The notes under the pieces were generated by a model. That model was given only the letters and a program-made list of their open reading frames with translations, ran no database searches and was not told the DNA's origin. Below, one piece after another: positions 1-9,303 of a stretch of DNA of 64,000 bases. This DNA comes from an uncultured Dehalococcoidia bacterium (GTDB taxonomy: Bacteria > Chloroflexota > Dehalococcoidia > Lucifugimonadales > UBA3495): contig CATMOE010000010.1 of the NCBI GenBank assembly GCA_950072105.1, positions 14,387-78,386 on the forward strand, in the 5' to 3' direction. Made by a program: the position numbers and the translations under genes. The first letter of the stretch is position 1, and every line of letters starts with the position of its first letter.

Positions 1-963
1 GGCATCGGAGCCAAGTCCATGCAGGACCTCACCCGTTGGGCCCGGGAGCAGGACATCACCCTCATGGGAGCCATGCAGCAGATCGCCGCCGCCCGATCCC
101 AAGGTCAACCCAGTCCGGTCCAGTTGGCTACCCGGGCGTCCAACGCCATCGCAAACTTCGCCGACATGATCGAGGTACTGGTCCAACGGGCCGACCAGGT
201 CCCAATCTTGGATCTGATCGACCAGGTGTTGGAGGACACCGGTCTCCGGAGTTTCATCCAGAACAGCGACGACCGGCCCGATGAGCGGTGGGACAACGTC
301 AAGGAGTTCCGGAACACCGCCCAGGAGTTCAACGCCGAGGATCCGGGAGACGGATTGGCCAGCTTGCTGGAAAAGGTCTCTCTGGTGGCCGACGTCGATA
401 ATTACGAAGATTCGGAAGAGTCATTAACGCTCATCACCTTGCACCAGGCAAAAGGGCTGGAATTCCCGGTAGTCTTCATCGTCGGTTTGGAGGAAGGCTT
501 ACTTCCTCACAGCCGTTCCATGGATAGCGAAGAACAATTGGAAGAGGAGCGGCGGCTATGCTACGTGGGCATCACCCGCGCCCAGCGGCGGCTCTACTTG
601 GTGAGAGCCTTTCGCCGCGGTTTTATGGGGAACAGCGGCCCTACTATGTCGTCCCGCTTCCTGCGGGAGATTCCCGCCAACCTGGTAGCCCCCGCTCATC
701 AAACTCAGACTAAACCTAAGCCGTCAACGCCCATCAACCGCAACAACTGGTCGACGCCCGTCAACGGAGATGTCACCCCCACTCCCGTTCGCGCGGTGCC
801 CGGTATCGGCGATCTCGTCCGTCACACCACCTTCGGAGAAGGAGTGGTCATGGAATGCCTGGCCGTCTCCGGCGACCACGAAGTAACCGTCCACTTCAAA
901 GGCCAAGTAGGAATCAAACGCCTCCTCCTCAGCTTCGCCCCCCTGGAAAAGATCGAAGGGTAG
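1..963 (+). CDS. pcrA: ATP-dependent DNA helicase PcrA/UvrD, C-terminal part (5' end lies outside the window)
   Basis: Motifs TLHQAKGLEFPVVF and EEERRLCYVGITRA, C-terminal Tudor-like VRHTTFGEG domain; frame 1 is open from base 1 (GIGAKSM). Confidence 0.93.
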   Translation, partial: GIGAKSMQDLTRWAREQDITLMGAMQQIAAARSQGQPSPVQLATRASNAIANFADMIEVLVQRADQVPILDLIDQVLEDTGLRSFIQNSDDRPDERWDNVKEFRNTAQEFNAEDPGDGLASLLEKVSLVADVDNYEDSEESLTLITLHQAKGLEFPVVFIVGLEEGLLPHSRSMDSEEQLEEERRLCYVGITRAQRRLYLVRAFRRGFMGNSGPTMSSRFLREIPANLVAPAHQTQTKPKPSTPINRNNWSTPVNGDVTPTPVRAVPGIGDLVRHTTFGEGVVMECLAVSGDHEVTVHFKGQVGIKRLLLSFAPLEKIEG

Positions 964-964
964 C

Positions 965-1097
965 TAGCGGTCAGCGGTCAGCGGTCTACCAATTTTTTGA
1001 AGGCCATACGCCTATCTTCCCCCTTTCGTAAGGGGGGACCGAGGGGGATTTCCCCGCCACACCAATCAACTTGCTGAAGGCTGACGGCTGATAGCTC
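965..1097. repeat. Inverted heptamer arrays enclosing a REP-like hairpin
   Basis: AGCGGTC x3 at about 967-987; GCTGAAG-GCTGACG-GCTGATAGC at 1073-1095; CCCCCTT-TCGT-AAGGGGG hairpin at 1019-1036. Confidence 0.65.
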
Positions 1098-1172
1098 ACG
1101 CCTCCCCGTCATTGACAGATGCCGCCACCAAGGCGATGATGGTCCAAAATCCCCCACGTCAGGAGCGACATA

Positions 1173-2267
1173 ATGAAAGCCGCCGTTTTCTACGAAGTCA
1201 ACCAACCTCTGGTCGTTGAGGAAGTCGAGTTGGACGACCCTAAAGCCGGTGAGGTGATGGTCAAGATCGGGGCCGCCGGCGTCTGCCGGTCAGACCGGCA
1301 CTTCATGCACGGGGACGCCCCCATCGCCCGGCCCGTGGTTTTGGGACACGAGGGAGCGGGCACCGTGGAAAAAGTGGGACCCGGCGTTACGTCGGTTCAC
1401 CCGGGTGACCAGGTCATCCTTTCATTCGTGCCGGCTTGCGGCCTCTGCAAGTCTTGCCTAGAAGGGCATTCCAATCTTTGCGACAGCCATGCGGCCACCG
1501 GTCCCTTCATGTACGACGGGACTACCCGGCTGCATAAGGGTGACCAAGCCATCCACCACATGGGTAAGGTTGCCTGCTTCGCCGAATACGCCGTAGTGCC
1601 CGAGACCGGTTGCGTGCCGGTTCCGTCGCCCATCCCCATGGATAAGGCCGCGATGATCGGCTGCTGCGTGCCCACCGGAGTCGGGGCCGTCCTGTTCAGC
1701 GCCAAGGTCACGCCGGGCAGCACCGTAGCGGTTGTAGGCTGCGGCGGAGTGGGTCTGAACGTCATCATGGGCGCCAAACTGGTGAATGCCGCCAAGATAA
1801 TCGCCGTGGACATTCGGGAGAGCCAGTTGGAGTTCGCGATGAAATTCGGCGCAACCCACTCGGTCAATGCCTCGGATCGGGACCCGGTGGCTCAGGTAAA
1901 GGAGCTGACCGGCGGCAAGGGCGCCGATTTTACGTTCGAAGTTTTCGGCTCGGCCGATACCACCAAAGCCGCCTACGACATGTGCGGCAAGCGCGGGACG
2001 GTGACCGTCGTGGGCATCGCGCCCATCGGCGCTGAGGCCTCCATCAACGCCGTCGACCTGGTACGCAACGAAAAAACCCTGCGGGGGACTTACTACGGTT
2101 CGGCCCGCTCCCGCACCGACATGCCCACCATGGTGGACATGTACCAATCGGGAAAACTGAACCTGGACGACTTGGTGGTCCGCCACTACTCCTTGGACCA
2201 GATCAACGAAGCCTACGACGACATGGACAAGGGCGAGGTTGGCCGGGGGGCGATCGTCTTCGACTAG
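1173..2267 (+). CDS. Zn-dependent alcohol dehydrogenase (MDR family)
   Basis: GVCRSD, GHEGAG, structural Zn motif CGLCKSCLEGHSNLC, GCGGVG Rossmann motif; SD AGGAG. Confidence 0.93.
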   Translation: MKAAVFYEVNQPLVVEEVELDDPKAGEVMVKIGAAGVCRSDRHFMHGDAPIARPVVLGHEGAGTVEKVGPGVTSVHPGDQVILSFVPACGLCKSCLEGHSNLCDSHAATGPFMYDGTTRLHKGDQAIHHMGKVACFAEYAVVPETGCVPVPSPIPMDKAAMIGCCVPTGVGAVLFSAKVTPGSTVAVVGCGGVGLNVIMGAKLVNAAKIIAVDIRESQLEFAMKFGATHSVNASDRDPVAQVKELTGGKGADFTFEVFGSADTTKAAYDMCGKRGTVTVVGIAPIGAEASINAVDLVRNEKTLRGTYYGSARSRTDMPTMVDMYQSGKLNLDDLVVRHYSLDQINEAYDDMDKGEVGRGAIVFD

Positions 2268-2271
2268 CTAA

Positions 2272-2465
2272 CAGCGGTCAGCGGTCAGCCGCCAGCCAAT
2301 AAATCCAGATGTGTTTTTGGGCAGAATAATGCCGCGTTATCGTAGTCCGGCGCAATTAGGATACCGGAGGCTTTACGCCTTTGGTGGAGATAGTACAGAG
2401 TTAATGGTTATGACACTCGGCTTGTGGCCCGCGGTCCTGAGCGCTGAAAGCTGATGGCTGATAGC
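2272..2465. repeat. Second inverted pair of heptamer arrays
   Basis: CAGCGGT-CAGCGGT-CAGCCGC-CAGCC at 2272-2297 and GCTGAAA-GCTGATG-GCTGATAGCT at 2442-2465; another half copy near 3259-3278. Confidence 0.6.
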
Positions 2466-2906
2466 TCAAATTCCGACCCAATCACCGTCAAGCTGGTTGA
2501 AACCAAGGCTGAGTTGGAATCGGCCATCAGCGTGCGCTTCCGTGTGTTCGTTGCGGAGCAAAACGTACCGCCAGAAGAGGAGTTGGACGAGGAAGACGCC
2601 GCCGCCACTCACGTCATCGCGTTGCATCACGGAAGCATCGTTGGCACCGGGCGTCTGCTGTCCGGAGAACCTGCCGTCGCCATCATCGGTCGGATGGCGG
2701 TGGATAAGAGTTGGCGCAGGCAAGGGGTAGGAGGCCTGATCCTAGAGTTCCTGGAGGACGAGGCCCGGACCCAAGGGATGCGCCAAAGCGTCCTTCACGC
2801 CCAAGAGTACGTCAAGAGTTTCTATGCCGCCCACGGCTACCGGGAACACGGGGACCCCTTCATGGAAGTGGACATTCTCCACATCGAGATGCGCAAAGAC
2901 CTCTAG
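2454..2906 (+). CDS. GNAT N-acetyltransferase (YjcF/ElaA-like)
   Basis: RFRVFVAEQNVP, IGRMAV..WRRQGVG, LHAQ..FY..GY, F.EVDI.HIEM. Confidence 0.88.
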   Translation: MADSSNSDPITVKLVETKAELESAISVRFRVFVAEQNVPPEEELDEEDAAATHVIALHHGSIVGTGRLLSGEPAVAIIGRMAVDKSWRRQGVGGLILEFLEDEARTQGMRQSVLHAQEYVKSFYAAHGYREHGDPFMEVDILHIEMRKDL

Positions 2907-2913
2907 TTGGGTC

Positions 2914-3219
2914 CTAGGCCGCTACAGGAACCTTTTCAATGACCCTAACTTCCATCTTGGCGATGTGGCTGGTAGGCAGGCCGCCGAGAGCGGAACGCCC
3001 CGGAGAGGCGAAGTAGGCGGCTTCCTTTTCCGGAATCTCTTCAACGCTGTTAAACGACCGGACCCAAAGAAATTCGGTACGGTCGGCGTTGATCCAACTG
3101 GCCTCGATCGGAATTCCCAATCCCTGATGTATGGGCCGGATGTGTTCCTCGAACAACTTGAGCCAGGAGTCCATCATCCCACTATTGATCGTGTAGATCC
3201 GCAACTGTGAAACCATCAC
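2914..3219 (-). CDS. NIPSNAP family protein
   Basis: QLRIYTI..G.MD.W...F pattern, about 100 aa. Confidence 0.75.
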   Translation of the reverse strand: MMVSQLRIYTINSGMMDSWLKLFEEHIRPIHQGLGIPIEASWINADRTEFLWVRSFNSVEEIPEKEAAYFASPGRSALGGLPTSHIAKMEVRVIEKVPVAA

Positions 3220-3275
3220 TCTTCTCCTACGTAGATTACGCGGTTAACATTTGGCTTAAAGCTGATCGCTGATAG

Positions 3276-4364
3276 CTAGGCCACTTGGTATTGCTTGATT
3301 GTCTCTTGGTTGAATGCCAGCCCCAACCCGGGTTTGTCCGGCACCACAAGCTCTCCGTTTTCCATCTTGGGTGTTTCTTCCCAAAGCCGCAGGGTCCAAG
3401 GCATGTACTCGACCGTCAATCCGTTGGGTATGGCCGAGATCAAATGAACGTGGATTTCGGGCACCAGGTGACTTACCACCGGGATGTTGAACGCCTCGGC
3501 CATGCCGGCCACCTTTTTCCACTGGGTGATTCCGCCTACCCGAAGCAGGTCGATCATTACGATGTCGATGGACCGGTTCTCCAACATCTGGCGGAAGGGC
3601 GTGATCCCATAGACGTACTCACCGGCCGCGATGGGCGTGGTCAAGGCGTCGGCCACCCGGGCCAGTCCTTGGTAGTCGTCTTGGGCCACCACGTCTTCCA
3701 GCCAAAAGAGGTTGTACTCTTCGACCCTCTTGCCGATCTGTATGGCCTGGTTTACGTTCCATAGCTGGTTGATGTCGCACATCAGGTCTATGTCCGGTCC
3801 GATGCCTTCACGCATCACCCGCATCCGCTCCACTTCCAGAGCGGCCGTGGGCTCGGCTCCCATCTGCGTCTTCATCTGCTTGAATCCCATCTCTACCAGG
3901 CGAGGCCCCGCCTCGGCCAAGTATTCCAGGTTCATCGGCCGCATCAGCGCGCCGCTGGCGTAGGTAGGCGCCCGGTCCCGGTAGCCGCCCAAGAGCGAGC
4001 TAACCGTTACGTTCAACGCCTTGCCTTTAATGTCCCATAGGGCCATGTCCACCGCCGAAAGGGCCAGGGTGAAGATGCCTCCCGGTCCGGAGCCGCTGCC
4101 GGCGGCGCGCAGGTCCGCCACGATGGACTCGACGGGCATGGGGTCTCGTCCGATGACCAATCCGCTGAGAGTGTCCACCGCCGCTCTAAGGGCGTTGGTT
4201 AACGCAGCTCCGAAAAAAGTTACGCCTACTCCCTGGATGCCCTCATCCGTTTCCAGTTCCAGTGTTACAAATTCCCGAGTAGCGTCCCCCACCGGCATAC
4301 CCACTACCAAAGGGTTATCCGCTGGGGTCTGGATGATACGAGTCGTCGCGCGTGTTACTTTCAT
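3276..4364 (-). CDS. Mandelate racemase/muconate lactonizing enzyme family protein
   Basis: AVDMALWDIKGK, K-x-Q variant of KxK, D-x-N, WLED, AAGE, GGIT motifs. Confidence 0.9.
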   Translation of the reverse strand: MKVTRATTRIIQTPADNPLVVGMPVGDATREFVTLELETDEGIQGVGVTFFGAALTNALRAAVDTLSGLVIGRDPMPVESIVADLRAAGSGSGPGGIFTLALSAVDMALWDIKGKALNVTVSSLLGGYRDRAPTYASGALMRPMNLEYLAEAGPRLVEMGFKQMKTQMGAEPTAALEVERMRVMREGIGPDIDLMCDINQLWNVNQAIQIGKRVEEYNLFWLEDVVAQDDYQGLARVADALTTPIAAGEYVYGITPFRQMLENRSIDIVMIDLLRVGGITQWKKVAGMAEAFNIPVVSHLVPEIHVHLISAIPNGLTVEYMPWTLRLWEETPKMENGELVVPDKPGLGLAFNQETIKQYQVA

Positions 4365-4556
4365 GTCCCTCTTTCTTCTTTAACAATGCATGTTGGGGTA
4401 TCCGATCCGAACGCAAGACTGGCAAGGTCCGAATTTGGAGCCTCATTCTATCACAGGCTCAGCGACCACCGTCGCGCCGAGCCTTTCGTCAGTCTGGCCC
4501 TTCCGCAGAAGGGGAATCCAGACCCAGGCGTGGATAAATCCGGATTTGTCCGGCGG

Positions 4557-4616
4557 TTGACATCGAGTCCTTAGCTGGTTATGATACTTAACGTGGTTTA
4601 GTAAACCCGGTTTAGT
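4557..4616 (+). promoter_or_regulatory. Sigma70-type promoter and putative operator of padR-arsM
   Basis: TTGACA (4557-62), 17 bp, TATGAT (4580-85); overlapping palindromes GGTTTA-G-TAAACC (4595-4607) and TAAACC-C-GGTTTA (4602-4614). Confidence 0.65.
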
Positions 4617-4634
4617 TACGTAGACGCAGGGAAG

Positions 4635-5039
4635 ATGACTATACAGTTAAACAAACAATCGATGCGGGACGAGGCGTACTGGGAGAACCTGGTTAAGCGC
4701 AGCCTTTGCCGGTTCCTCTTGCTGGGCCAACTGGCCAAGGGTCCAGTGCATGGATACCAGCTTAACCTGGCCATCCGGGACGCCTGTCAGGGTTGCTGCG
4801 AACCCACCGAGGCCATGGTTTACTCCACTATGAAGGAACTGGTGGAGGGGGGCTACGTGGTTTACCGGATGGAGGAGCACCTGGGGCGCAAACGTAGGGT
4901 CTGCTGGCTAACAGACGAGGGCAAGGAGGCGTTCCGGGCGGCCGGCCGGGTGTGGCAAAAGATGCTACCCACGGTAGAGGAAACGGTGGCACAAGCGCTT
5001 GGAACTCAAGACGATGTTCCAATAGGGCGACAAAACTAA
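4635..5039 (+). CDS. PadR family transcriptional regulator with CxxCC motif
   Basis: LL..L..GPVHGYQL, VY..MKELVEGGYV, R.R....LTDEG wHTH pattern; CQGCC insert. Confidence 0.85.
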   Translation: MTIQLNKQSMRDEAYWENLVKRSLCRFLLLGQLAKGPVHGYQLNLAIRDACQGCCEPTEAMVYSTMKELVEGGYVVYRMEEHLGRKRRVCWLTDEGKEAFRAAGRVWQKMLPTVEETVAQALGTQDDVPIGRQN

Positions 5040-5050
5040 AGATTAGGAGT

Positions 5051-5836
5051 ATGGCAATGACTACGAACTCAGAAGAGATCAAGCGGCTGGTGCGAGAGAG
5101 ATACGGGGCCCGGGCCAAGGGAGTCATCGAACTCACCGTGGTCCAGCCTGACTGTGGCAGCGATCCAGGGTGCTGCAGCCCGGCGGACACGGAGCGTGCG
5201 CTCCGCCTTTACACGGAGGGTCAGATCGCCGGACTACCCGCGGAATCCATCGCCGCCTCGGCGGGCTGCGGCAATCCCACCGCCCTGGCCGGTTTGAAAG
5301 TCGGTGAGAGGGTGCTTGACCTGGGCTCCGGAGGCGGAATCGACTGCTTTCTAGCGTCCCAGCAGGTGGGACCGGGAGGCCACGTCACCGGCCTGGACAT
5401 GACCGACGACATGCTGAATCTAGCCCGTAAGAACCAGGCCAACCTGGGCATCACCAACGTGGAGTTCGTCAAAGGCGAGATTGAAAATATGCCACTCCCC
5501 GACGCAAACGTGGACGTGGTCATATCCAACTGCGTAGTCTGCCTGTCCCCCGATAAGGACGCCGTCTTTCGTGAGTCCTTCCGGGTCTTATCCCCCGGCG
5601 GCCGCCTTCATCTCTCGGACATGATGTCCATGACCGACGAAGGCCCAACCCGCACCGACCCCGAAGCCTGGGCTTCATGTATCGCCGGGGCCGAGCACCG
5701 GGACATCTACCTGGGACGGCTAAGGGATGCAGGCTTCGTGGACATCGACATCTCCGAAGAGAACATCCGGTTCGACGACGAAGGCGTCCCCATGAACGTG
5801 GTCAGCGTCAAGGTCGTGGCCAGAAAACCCGCCTAG
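5051..5836 (+). CDS. arsM: Arsenite S-adenosylmethionine methyltransferase
   Basis: SAGCGNP, VLDLGSGGGIDC, GLDMT, DVVISNCV, WASCIAGA; start taken at ATG 5051 after SD AGGAG. Confidence 0.88.
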   Translation: MAMTTNSEEIKRLVRERYGARAKGVIELTVVQPDCGSDPGCCSPADTERALRLYTEGQIAGLPAESIAASAGCGNPTALAGLKVGERVLDLGSGGGIDCFLASQQVGPGGHVTGLDMTDDMLNLARKNQANLGITNVEFVKGEIENMPLPDANVDVVISNCVVCLSPDKDAVFRESFRVLSPGGRLHLSDMMSMTDEGPTRTDPEAWASCIAGAEHRDIYLGRLRDAGFVDIDISEENIRFDDEGVPMNVVSVKVVARKPA

Positions 5837-5862
5837 AACCCTACCGCTATCACAAGGGAAAA

Positions 5863-5892
5863 AGTAGGGGCGCACGGCCGTGCGCCCCTACT
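5863..5892. repeat. Perfect 30-bp palindrome (GTAG-type REP-like) between convergent genes
   Basis: AGTAGGGGCGCACGG|CCGTGCGCCCCTACT; followed at 5909-5943 by a degenerate copy of the 1019 hairpin family. Confidence 0.75.
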
Positions 5893-5965
5893 ACTTTGAG
5901 AGCCTGAACCTCCCTCCTTGCGAAGGGGGACTATAGGTGGGTCGTGTTCTGATTGGCGCCACCCA

Positions 5966-6679
5966 TTACTCCAGTTGAAAGACCTTGAACGCCTCGGCGA
6001 ATTCGAACCCCACTTTCTTCCCGGTGCTGTTGCGCCATTGCCTCATGTCGACCTCAGCGTCCTCTTCCGATACCTGGGTCTGATGTGCCTTCAAGGCGTC
6101 CACGGCGGTATCCATATAGGCGCTCACGTCCACGAACTTGTCGGCCGTGTCGCCGTGGAACATCATCCAGACTTCCTTCACCTTATGGGGTTCAAGCCCT
6201 TCCCGGAGTAACTCTGGGAAAGTTAGGCGGTCTCTGGAACTGGGGAACACGGCGGACAGGGCCGCTTCTCCCGAGGCGAAGTGGTCGGGATGGCCCAGAT
6301 AGCCTTCACCGTCCACGCTCCGCACCGGATTCATGCAGATCAGCACATCGGGCCGGTGTCGGCGGATCTCCCGGGCAATGTCCCGGCGCAGCTCTAACGT
6401 CGGCTCCAGCATGGAGTCCTCGTATCCCAAGAAGACGATGTCTTTCAACCCAAGCACCTTCCCAGCGTCCAGTTGCTCCTGTTTGCGAATCTCCACCAGC
6501 CGTCCGCTGGTCATCTCCGGGTCTTCGCTGCCTTTACTGCCGTCGGTGCACAGAACGTACACCACCTCCCAACCTTCGGCGCACCACTTGGCCACCGTTC
6601 CGGCGCATCCCCACTCGGCGTCGTCGGCATGGGCAACCACCACCATGGCACGCTGGTGATGCGCTCCATCGCTAGCCAT
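5966..6679 (-). CDS. PIG-L family deacetylase (LmbE/BshB/Mca-like)
   Basis: AHADD, TDGSKG, R..EQ..A..VLG, GHPDH, ALKAHQTQ; start at 6679 fits SD GGAGG (alternative 6688). Confidence 0.9.
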   Translation of the reverse strand: MASDGAHHQRAMVVVAHADDAEWGCAGTVAKWCAEGWEVVYVLCTDGSKGSEDPEMTSGRLVEIRKQEQLDAGKVLGLKDIVFLGYEDSMLEPTLELRRDIAREIRRHRPDVLICMNPVRSVDGEGYLGHPDHFASGEAALSAVFPSSRDRLTFPELLREGLEPHKVKEVWMMFHGDTADKFVDVSAYMDTAVDALKAHQTQVSEEDAEVDMRQWRNSTGKKVGFEFAEAFKVFQLE

Positions 6680-6698
6680 TGAATCCATCCTCCGTTGT

Positions 6699-6812
6699 GT
6701 CTGATGGTCTCGATCAAACCCAGAAAAACACCCTCAGGTGTTGGTTTGATCTACCAGACCTGAGGGTCCTTGGGCCGAGGTCATCTAATTTCATTCAGTG
6801 ATTCCCAGTTTA
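6699..6812 (-). promoter_or_regulatory. Structured 5' leader with two interleaved stems (candidate attenuator or riboswitch)
   Basis: ACCCTCAGGT/ACCTGAGGGT (6730-39/6758-67) interleaved with GATCAAACC/GGTTTGATC (6712-20/6743-51); U-run follows the first stem on the minus strand. Confidence 0.5.
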
Positions 6813-6930
6813 GCACAGGACTGGTGCGGTCTAGTCTCCCGATCCTTGCTATCGAAAGGCGCCGATGCTAGCCTTGAAATACCTCGACATTGCCACGTCC
6901 GGTTAACGAACTCAGGCGACTGGAGCAACC

Positions 6931-7356
6931 ATGCCCAGACTCTGGGCCAAAACGGTAACCTACGATTCCGTCTCCGTGGGCGACCAACTTCCCATCCTGG
7001 CCAAGTGGGAGACGGAGGAAACCATCGCCGGCTTCAACTCCCTTTTACATCCCGGCGACGAGCCAAAAAGTTCTACGCCCTCCGCCGCCGGACAAGCCTC
7101 TGTTCCCGCCCTGTCCGCCTACGTTTTGGAGTTGTTGGAGAAGGGCTTCCCCATCGCCAGCATCCTTGCGGCCGGCAGCAGCCTGGCGATCGAATCGATA
7201 CTTCCGGTACATGCTGAAGATGTAATTACATTAACTGGACGGGTGGTGGATAAACGGCAGGAAGGAGACCGGCGGGTGATAGCTTGCCAGGTGTTGGTGG
7301 AAAATCAGGACGGACAAACCGTGGCCGAAGCCTTAGCCGAAGTCTGCTTGCCGTAA
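6931..7356 (+). CDS. MaoC/hotdog-fold protein, degenerate dehydratase-like
   Basis: YDSVSVGDQLP N-terminus; PVHAEDVITLTGRVVDK...NQDGQTV C-terminus. Confidence 0.7.
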   Translation: MPRLWAKTVTYDSVSVGDQLPILAKWETEETIAGFNSLLHPGDEPKSSTPSAAGQASVPALSAYVLELLEKGFPIASILAAGSSLAIESILPVHAEDVITLTGRVVDKRQEGDRRVIACQVLVENQDGQTVAEALAEVCLP

Positions 7357-7395
7357 TACAAGTGCCAGATGGGTTACGCGTATGGGGTCCGGTAT

Positions 7396-7887
7396 CTAGA
7401 AAGGATGGCGGGAAGACCGGCCGGGCCGGGACCCTCTCCTCCGCTGCCGCCGGACCTGTCTCGGCGCCCGGATCCGGGGAGGCTTCTTGCCCTCGGCAAG
7501 GCCTGCCGCGTCTCTACTCCCGCCTGAGCCAAAGTTCCCCCGCTCACGAGACCAAAGAAATTGGGTGTATGCCGCCAACAACAATCCCGGCGCGACGATG
7601 ATCGCGGTGAGCCAGGGGTTGACAACAAGATCAGGCGAGAAGACCTGAAATATGACCAAGAACCCCCCGGACATAAGCATTGCCCAGGCCACGGTGCCAG
7701 TTATGAAATTTCGGTGCCAGGGAGACCGCAGTATCAAGATGGACCATGTCGGCCAAAGAAGCGGGACCGCCAATCCAATGCTGAATTGAATCACCGGCCA
7801 TCCGAGGATGAAAGTGAGCGCCAGGAACCAGGGGTTGTAGTACCAGGGGCGTTTTTGTTCCAGAGATACGGTCTGCTCTTGGGCCAT
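7396..7887 (-). CDS. Hypothetical membrane protein
   Basis: About 4 hydrophobic segments, KRPWYYNPWF start, Arg-rich tail. Confidence 0.65.
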   Translation of the reverse strand: MAQEQTVSLEQKRPWYYNPWFLALTFILGWPVIQFSIGLAVPLLWPTWSILILRSPWHRNFITGTVAWAMLMSGGFLVIFQVFSPDLVVNPWLTAIIVAPGLLLAAYTQFLWSRERGNFGSGGSRDAAGLAEGKKPPRIRAPRQVRRQRRRGSRPGRSSRHPF

Positions 7888-7952
7888 TGTGTCCGTCCGG
7901 GACGAGCGATGGAATTATTGACTGATATTCCGCAGATCAATCGCGCGCTTGG

Positions 7953-8216
7953 TCAGTTTCGGGCCAGCAATAGGTGGAATTCTAACATCTCTATGGGGCG
8001 CTGTTTTCTGATGGACTCCACCGCGTATTCCACGCACATTCGGGCGAACCCGGAGAACTCAAAAATGTTAGCGCCCAATACGACCAAGGGCACTTCCCGC
8101 TCAAACTCCACCCGAAGCTGGCTACCGTCCTCGTGATCGATCTCCAGATCGATCCGGCCTTCGGTTAGCTTTTCAATCTTCTCTTGAATGCGCTGGACGA
8201 ACACTTCGTCTTCCAT
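7953..8216 (-). CDS. Hypothetical protein
   Basis: Protein-like composition from MEDEVFVQRIQ; no family recognised. Confidence 0.6.
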   Translation of the reverse strand: MEDEVFVQRIQEKIEKLTEGRIDLEIDHEDGSQLRVEFEREVPLVVLGANIFEFSGFARMCVEYAVESIRKQRPIEMLEFHLLLARN

Positions 8217-8440
8217 ACCGGTAAACTCCGAGTCACAACCGTCTTCCCGCCCCGTGGATCTAAGTTGGAGACTGTCATGGGATACTAAGCCAATCTCAAT
8301 CCGAACCGGCCGTCCCATGCCTGAACAAGCTTACCAAGCGAGGCTAGATAAGTCTAACACATTGCGCCGCCCAACTCGATATCGTACGACCTAATGAGGC
8401 CCTATCAGCGTAAATATTAGTATGGTTTAAGTATCATGTC

Positions 8441-8469
8441 TTGACACCCTTTTGAGGCTTAACGATAAT
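8441..8469 (+). promoter_or_regulatory. Sigma70-type promoter of the thiol dioxygenase cluster
   Basis: TTGACA, 17 bp, GATAAT, with an AT-rich upstream tract. Confidence 0.55.
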
Positions 8470-8516
8470 TGACGAAACGTTCAGGCTGAGAAAGAAGGCC
8501 GCACAGGAGGACAATA

Positions 8517-9101
8517 ATGACCACGGTAAAGTACTCGCTGGACCAGTTCGTCAGCGACATGGAAGGATTGATCTCCGGTAAGCCGGACCAGCAGAAACTA
8601 TTCGACACAGGATCATCTTGGTTGGAGAAGCTCATCCAGGACCCCAACGCCCTTCCGGAGCAATACCGGTCGCCCGTGGGCAAGGGCTCAAGGCCCAACC
8701 ACGGCTCCTACGCCCTGTATCAGGGGGACAGCGGGCTGTTGGTGACCGCCGTGGTTTGGGGCCCAGGCGACCACGCGTCTCCCCACGATCACGGCACCTG
8801 GGGAATGATCGGCGTAATGGACAATGCCCTCACTGAGACCCGTTTTCGCCGGGTGGACGACCGCACCAAGGAAGGATTTGCGACGCTGGAGAAAGACCGC
8901 ACATCCCAGTTCAAACCCGGGGAAATAACTCTCCTGATCCCGGAAGTGGACGAGATTCACCAGATGGACAACTTCACCGACCGCCCCACCGTGGAGATTC
9001 ACGTCTATGGCGACGATCTTAGAGGGCTGAACCGGAGCCGGTACAACTTGGAGACGGGCAAGATCACCCCCTTCGCCACCGAGAAATACGACAACTGCTA
9101 G
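8517..9101 (+). CDS. Cysteine dioxygenase family thiol dioxygenase (MDO-like)
   Basis: W.PG...SPHDHGTWG, IHQMDN, IHVYG 3-His cupin motifs; SD AGGAGG. Confidence 0.85.
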   Translation: MTTVKYSLDQFVSDMEGLISGKPDQQKLFDTGSSWLEKLIQDPNALPEQYRSPVGKGSRPNHGSYALYQGDSGLLVTAVVWGPGDHASPHDHGTWGMIGVMDNALTETRFRRVDDRTKEGFATLEKDRTSQFKPGEITLLIPEVDEIHQMDNFTDRPTVEIHVYGDDLRGLNRSRYNLETGKITPFATEKYDNC

Positions 9102-9303
9102 TGGATTCCTGTTTGAGTAAATAATCGAGGGGGGACGCCGGAAACCGGCCTTCTGTTCACGTCAGCGCATGGGGACAATGCCGCAATCACAACCGCATGA
9201 AAAACGATAGATACACCAACGAGACAAGAATCGGCAACTGGCTGGAGTTGACATTTTCAGCCGGCGCCATTGTTTCCCAAGTTTCCCAAATCGCAGACCG
9301 CCC

